Source: Eledone cirrhosa (Eukaryota). Taken from it: a stretch of DNA of 64,000 nucleotides. Under the pieces are notes generated by a model that made no database searches, was not told where the DNA came from, and saw only the letters and a program-made list of their open reading frames with translations. Location: assembly GCA_964016885.1 (NCBI GenBank), contig OZ024741.1, positions 9,858,001-9,922,000 on the forward strand. The letters run 5' to 3'. The position numbers and the translations under genes are program-made. Below, in pieces: positions 56,601-64,000 of the stretch. How positions within the stretch are numbered: the first letter of the stretch is position 1; each line of letters opens with the position of its first letter.

Positions 56601-59600
56601 GTGGTAGATGTTATACCAACACTATACCACTAGAGGGAGCTATAGTCAATAGTATCTTCTTTACTATGGTAGATGATATACCAACACAATACACCTAGAG
56701 GGAGCTATAGTCAATAGTATCTACTTTACTGTGGTAGATGTTATACCAACACTATCCCACTAGAGGGAGCTATAGTCAATAGTATATACTTTACTGTGGC
56801 AGATGTTATAACAACACTATACCAATAGAGGGAGCTATAGTCAATAGTATCTACTTTACTGTGGTAGATGTTATACCAACACTATACCACAAGAGGGAGC
56901 TACCGTCAATAGCATCTACTTTACTGTGGTAGATGTTATACCAACACTATACCAACAAAGGGAGCTATAGTCAACAGTATCTACTTTACTGTGGGAGATG
57001 TTGTACCAACACAATACCACTAGAGGGAGCTATATTCAATAGTATCTACTTTACTATGGTAGAGATGTTATACCACCAACACTATATTAATAGAGGGAGC
57101 TATAGTCAATAGTATATAATTTACTGTGGTAGATGTTATACCAACACTATACCAATAGAGGGAGCTATAGTCAATAGTATCTACTTTACTATGGTAGAGA
57201 TGTTATACCAACACTATACCACTAGGGGGAGCTATAGTCAATAGTATCTACTTTACTGTGGTAGATGTTATACCAACACTATACCACTAGAGGGAGCTAT
57301 ATTCAATAGTATCTACTTTACTATGGTAGAGATGTTATACCACCAACACTATATTAATAGAGGGAGCTATAGTCAATAGTATCTAATTTACTGTGGTAGA
57401 TGTTATACCAACACTATACCAATAGAGGGAGCTATAGTCAATAGTATCTACTTTACTATGGTAGAGATGTTATACCAACACTACACCACTAGAGGGAGCT
57501 ATAGTCAATAGTATCTACTTTACTGTGGTAGATGTTATACCAACACTATACCAATAGAGGGAGCTATAGTCAATAGTCTCTACTTTACTGTGGTAGATGT
57601 TATACCAACACTATACCAACAGAGGGAGCTATAGACAATAGTCTCTACTTTACTGTGGGAGATGTTATACCAACACTATACCACAAGAGGGAGCTATAGT
57701 CAATAGTATCTATTTTACTGTGGTAGATGTTATAACAACACTATACCAATAGAGGGAGCTATAGTCAATAGTATCTACTTTAGTGTGGTAGATGATATAC
57801 CAACACTATACCAATAGAGGGAGCTATAGTCAATAGTATATACTTTACTGTGGTAGATGTTATACCAACACTACACCACCTGAGGGAGCTATAGTCAATA
57901 GTCTCTACTTTACTGTGGGAGATGTTATACCAACACTATACCGCAAGAGGGAGCTATAGTCAATAGTATCTACTTTACTGTGGTAGATGTTATACCAACA
58001 CTATACCACAAGAGGGAGCTACCGTCAATAGTATCTACTTTACTGTGGTAGATGTTATACCAACACTATACCACTAGAGGCAGCTATAGTCAATAGTATC
58101 TAATTTACTGTGGGAGATGTTATACCAACACTATACCAATAGAGGGAGATATAGTCAATAGTATCTACTTTACTATGGTAGAGATGTTATACCAACACTA
58201 TACCACTAGAGGGAGCTATAGTCAATATTATCTACTTTACTGTGGTAGATGTTATACTAACACTATACCACAAGAGCGAGCTATAGTCAATAGTATCTAC
58301 TTTACTGTGGTAGATGTTATACTAACACTATACTACTTGAGGGAGCTATAGTGAATAGTATCTACTTTACTATGGTAGATGTTATACCAACACTATACCA
58401 CTAGAGGGAGCTATAGTCAATAGTATCTACTTTAATATGGTAGATGATATACCAACACTATACCACTAGAGGGAGCTATAGTCAATAGTATATACTTTAC
58501 TGTGGTAGATGTTATACCAACACTATACCAATAGAGGGAGCTATAGTCAATAGTATCTACTTTACTGTGGTAGATGTTATACCAACACTATAACAACAGA
58601 GGGAGCTATAGTCAATAGTATCTACTTTACTGTGGGAGATTTTATACCAACAATATACCACAAGAGGGAGCTATAGTCAATAGTATCTATTTTACTGTGG
58701 TAGATGTTATACCAACACTATAACACTAGAGGGAGCTATAGTCAATAGTATCTAATTTACTATGGCAGATGGTATACCAACACTATACCACTAGAGGGAG
58801 CTATAGTCAATAGTATCTACTTTAATGTGGTAGATGGTATACCAACACTATACCACAAGAGGGAGATACCGTCAATAGTATCTACTTTACTGTGGTAGAT
58901 GTTATACCAATACTATACCACTAGAGGCAGCTATAGTCAATAGTATCTAATTTACTGTGGGAGATGTTATACCAACACTATACCAATAGAGGGAGATATA
59001 GTCAATAGTATCTACTTTACTATGGTAGAGATGTTATACCAACACTATACCACTAGAGTGAGCTATAGTCAATAGTATCTACTTTACTATGGTAGATATT
59101 ATACCACCACTATAGCAATAGAGGGAGTTATAATCAATAGTATCTACTTTACTGTGGTAGATGTTATACCAACACTATACCAATAGAGGGAGCTATAGTC
59201 AATAGTATCTACTTTAATGTGGTAGATGTTATACCAACACTATATCACAAGAGCGAGCTATAGTCAATAGTATCTACTTTACTGTGGTAGATGTTATACT
59301 AACACTATACTACTAGAGGGAGCTATAGTGAATAGTATCTACTTTACTGTGGTAGATGTTATACCAACACTATACCACTAGAGGGAGCTATAGTCAATAG
59401 TATCTTCTTTACTATGGTAGATGATATACCAACACAATACACCTAGAGGGAGCTATAGTCAATAGTATCTACTTTACTGTGGTAGATGTTATACCAACAC
59501 TATCCCACTAGAGGGAGCTATAGTCAATAGTATATACTTTACTGTGGCAGATTTTATAACAACACTATACCAATAGAGGGAGCTATAGTCAATAGTATCT

Positions 59601-62600
59601 ACTTTACTGTGGTAGATGTTATACCAACACTATACCACAAGAGGGAGCTACCGTCAATAGTATCTACTTTACTGTGGTAGATGTTATACCAACACTATAC
59701 CAACAGAGGGAGCTATAGTCAACAGTATCTACTTTACTGTGGGAGATGTTGTACCAACACAATACCACTAGAGGGAGCTATATTCAATAGTATCTACTTT
59801 ACTATGGTAGAGATGTTATACAACCAACACTATATTAATAGAGGGAGCTATAGTCAATAGTATATAATTTACTGTGGTAGATGTTATACCAACACTATAC
59901 CAATAGAGGGAGCTATAGTCAATAGTATCTACTTTACTATGGTAGAGATGTTATACCAACACTATACCACTAGGGGGAGCTATAGTCAATAGTATCTACT
60001 TTACTGTGGTAGATGTTATACCAACACTATACCAATAGAGGGAGCTATAGTCAATAGTATCTACTTTACTGTGGTAGATGTTATACCAACACTACACCAC
60101 TAGAGGGAGCTATAGTCAATAGTGTCTACTTTACTGTGGTAGATGTTATACCAACACTATACCAATAGAGGGAGCTATAGTCAATAGTATCTACTTTACT
60201 GTGGTAGATGTTATACCAACACTATACCAACAGTGATGGCTATATTCAATAGTATCTACATTACTATGGTAGATGTTATACCAACACTATACCACAAGAG
60301 GGAGCTACCGTCATTTGTATCTACTTTACTGTGGTAGATGTTATACCAACACTATACCAATAGAGGGAGCTATAGTCAATAGTATCTACTTTACTGTGGT
60401 AGATGTTATACCAACCCTATACCAATAGAGGGAGATATAGTCAATAGTATCTACTTTACTATGGTAGAGATGTTATACCAACACTATACCACTAGAGGCA
60501 TCTATAGTCAATCGTATCTACTTTACTGTGGTAGATGTTCTACCAACACTATACCACTAGGGGGAGCTGTAGTCAATAGTATCTACTTTACTGTGGTAGA
60601 TGTTATACCAACACTATACTACTAGAGGGAGCTATAGTCAATAGTATCTACTTTACTGTGGTAGATGTTATACCAACACTATACCAATAGAGGGAGCTAT
60701 AGTCAATAGTCTCTACTTTACTGTGGTAGATGTTATACCAAATCTATACCACAAGAGGTAGCTACCGTCAATAGTATCTACTTTACTGTGGTAGATGTTA
60801 TACCAACACTTTACCGCAAGAGGTAGCTATAGTCAATAGTATCTACTTTACTGTGGTATATGTTATACCAAAACTATACCACAAGAGGGAGCTATAGTCA
60901 ATAGTATCTACTTTACTGTGGTAGATGTTATACCAACACTATACCACTAGAGGGAGCTATAGTCAATAGTATCTACTTTACTGTGGTAGATGTTATACCA
61001 ACACTATACCAATAGAGGGAGCTATAGTCAATAGTATCTACTTTACTGTGGTAGATGTTATACCAACACTATACTACTAGAGGGAGTTATAGTCAATAGT
61101 ATCTACTTTACTGTGGTAGATGTTATACCAACACTATACCAACAGAGGGAGCTATAGTCAATAGTATCTACTTTACTATGGTAGATGTTATACCAACACT
61201 ATACCACTAGAGGGAGCTATAGTCAATAGTATCTGTTTTACTGAGGTAGATGTTATACCAACACTATACCAATAGAGGGAGCTATAGTCAATAGTATCTA
61301 CTTTACTGTGGTAGATGTTATACCAACACTATACCAATAGAGGGAGCTATAGTCAATAGTATCTACTTTAGTGTGGTAGATGTTATACCAACACTATACC
61401 AATAGAGGGAGCCATAGTCAATAGTATCAACTTTACTATGGTAGATGTTATACCAACACTATACCAATAGAGGGAGCTATAGTCAATAGTATCTACTTTA
61501 CTGTGGTAGATGTTATACCAACACTATACCACAAGAGGAAGCTATAGTCAATAGTATCTACTTTACAGTGGTAGATGTTATACCAACATTAAACCACTAG
61601 AGGGAGCTATAGTCAATAATATCTACTTTACTGTGGTAGATGATATACCAACACTATACCAACGGAGGGAGCTATAGTCAATAGTATCTCCTTTAGTGTG
61701 GTAGATGTTATACCAACACTATACCAACAGAGGGAGCTATAGTCAATAGTCTCTACTTTACTCTGGTAGATGTTATACCAACACTATACCAGCAGAGGGA
61801 GCTATAGTCAATAGTATCTATTTTACTGTGGTAGATGTTATACCAAGACTATACCAACAGAGGGAGCTATAGTCAATAGTATCTACTTTACTGTGGTAGA
61901 TGTTATACCAACACTATACCAACAGAGGGAGCTATAGTCAATAGTATCTACTTTAGTATGGTAGATGTTATACCAACACTATACCAACACTATAGTCAAT
62001 AGTATCTACTTTACTGTGGTAGATGTTATACCAACACTATAACACTAGGGGGAGCTATAGTAAATAGTATCTACTTTACTGTGGTAGATGTTATACCAAC
62101 ACTATACCAATAGCGGGAGCTATATTCAATAGTATCTACTTTACTGTGGTAGATGTTATACCAACACTATACTACTAGAGGGTGCTACCGTCAATAGTAT
62201 CTACTTTACTGTGGTAGATGTTATACCAATACTATACCACTAGAGGGAGCTACCGTCAATAGTATCTACTTTACTGTGGTAGATGTTAACCAACACTATA
62301 CCACAAGAGGGAGCTATAGTCAATAGTATCTACTTTACTGTGGTAGATGTTATACCAACACTATACCACTAGAGGGAGCTATAGACAATAGTATCTACTT
62401 TACTGTGGGAGATGTTATACCAACACTATACCACTAGAGGGAGCTATAGTCAATAGTATCTACTTTACTGTGGTAGATGTTATACCAACACTATACCACT
62501 AGAGGGAGCTATAGTCAATAGTATCTACTTTACTGTGGGAGATGTTATACCAACACTATACCACTAGAGGGAGCTATAGACAATAGTATCTACTTTACTG

Positions 62601-64000
62601 TGGTAGCTGTTATCCCAACACTATAACACTAGAGGGAGCTATAGTCAATAGTATCTATTTTACTGTGGTATATGTTATACCAACACTATACCACAAGAGG
62701 GAGCTATAGTCAATAGTATCTACTTTACTGTGGTAGATGTTATACCAACACTATACCAATAGAGGGAGCTATAGTCAATAGTATCTACTTTACTATGGTA
62801 GATGTTATACCAACACTATACCAACAGAGGGAGCTATAGTCAATAGTATCTACTTTACTGTGGTAGATGTTATACCAACACTATACCAACAGTGATGGCT
62901 ATAGTCAATAGTATCTACTTTACTATGGTAGATGTTATACCAACACTATACCAACAGTGATGGCTATAGTCAATAGTATCTACTTTACTATGGTAGATGT
63001 TATACCAACACTATACCACTAGAGGGAGCTATAGTCAATAGTATCTACTTTACTCTGGTAGATGTTATACCAACACTATTCCAACAGAGGGAGCTATAGT
63101 CAATAGTATCTACTTTACTATGGTAGATGTTATACCAACACTACACCACTAGAGGGAGCTATAGTCAGTAGTGTCTACTTTACTGTGGTAGATGTTATAC
63201 CAACACTATACCAATAGAGGGAGCTATAGTCAATAGTATCTACTTTACTGTGGGAGATGTTATACCAACACTATACCAACAGTGATGGCTATAGTCAATA
63301 GTATCTACATTACTATGGTAGATGTTATACCAACACTATACCACAAGAGGGAGCTACCGTCATTAGTATCTACTTTACTGTGGTAGATGTTATACCAACA
63401 CTATACCAATAGAGGGAGCTATAGTCAATAGTATCTACTTTACTGTGGTAGATGTTATACCAACCCTATACCAATAGAGGGAGATATAGTCAATAGTATC
63501 TACTTTACTATGGTAGAGATGTTATACCAACACTATACCACTAGAGGCATCTATAGTCAATCGTATCTACTTTACTGTGGTAGATGTTCTACCAACACTA
63601 TACCACTAGGGGGAGCTGTAGTCAATAGTATCTACTTTACTGTGGTAGATGTTATACCAACACTATACTACTAGAGGGAGCTATAGTCAATAGTATCTAC
63701 TTTACTGTGGTAGATGTTATACCAACACTATACCAATAGAGGGAGCTATAGTCAATAGTCTCTACTTTACTGTGGTAGATGTTATACCAAATCTATACCA
63801 CAAGAGGTAGCTACCGTCAATAGTATCTACTTTACTGTGGTAGATGTTATACCAACACTTTACCGCAAGAGGTAGCTATAGTCAATAGTATCTACTTTAC
63901 TGTGGTATATGTTATACCAAAACTATACCACAAGAGGGAGCTATAGTCAATAGTATCTACTTTACTGTGGTAGATGTTATACCAACACTATACCACTAGA
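17686..64000. repeat. 65-bp satellite, ~710 head-to-tail copies, extends beyond the window
   Basis: Consensus GAGGGAGCTATAGTCAATAGTATCTACTTTACTGTGGTAGATGTTATACCAACACTATACCACTA, period 65 (e.g. 17881 to 17946). No inversion or foreign insertion was noticed. Confidence 0.99.
17857..17890 (+). promoter_or_regulatory. Representative CTCF-like site (upstream module plus core), repeated in most 65-bp monomers
   Basis: Core ATACCACTAGAGGGAGCTA (17872-17890) compared with the canonical TGGCCACCAGGGGGCGCTA. TGTTATACC (17857-17865) lies 6 bp upstream, compared with TGCAGTACC-type ZF9-11 modules. Matched by eye, no PWM score computed. Confidence 0.55.

Noticed and set aside
17686-64000. CRISPR array: TCTAC...GTAGAT resembles the Cas12a direct-repeat stem
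   Set aside because: There are no unique spacers (the whole 65 bp repeats), no AATT pseudoknot leader, a longer loop, no cas genes, and the context is eukaryotic. Treated as coincidence.
1-64000. Telomeric or centromeric assignment
   Set aside because: No (TTAGGG)n tract was seen, and centromere identity cannot be read from sequence without CENP-A data or chromosomal position.

Overview
Eukaryotic, repeat-dominated window with no supportable protein-coding gene; every listed ORF is a by-product of tandem repeats or simple sequence. The tRNA-headed SINEs with (ATT)n tails and the compound microsatellites resemble octopus (cephalopod) DNA; this is from recall and was not searched. Layout: (CAGTA)n pentamer satellite (1-5880); 50-bp linker; 15-bp satellite CAGTACCCTGTTCCT (5931-10755); a ~4.3-kb island with an LTR-like segment, SINE relics and microsatellites; a 10-bp satellite GAGGACATGT (15087-17017); two tandem SINEs (17221-17678); then a 65-bp satellite of about 710 copies running off the window end (17686-64000). 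The most notable observation is that each 65-bp monomer carries a CTCF-like core (ATACCACTAGAGGGAGCTA) preceded by an upstream-module-like 9-mer, all in one orientation, and many common variants fall on degenerate motif positions. The same monomer also folds into a G-U-containing hairpin on the + strand. The array records nested kilobase-scale duplications. All functional claims are untested inference.
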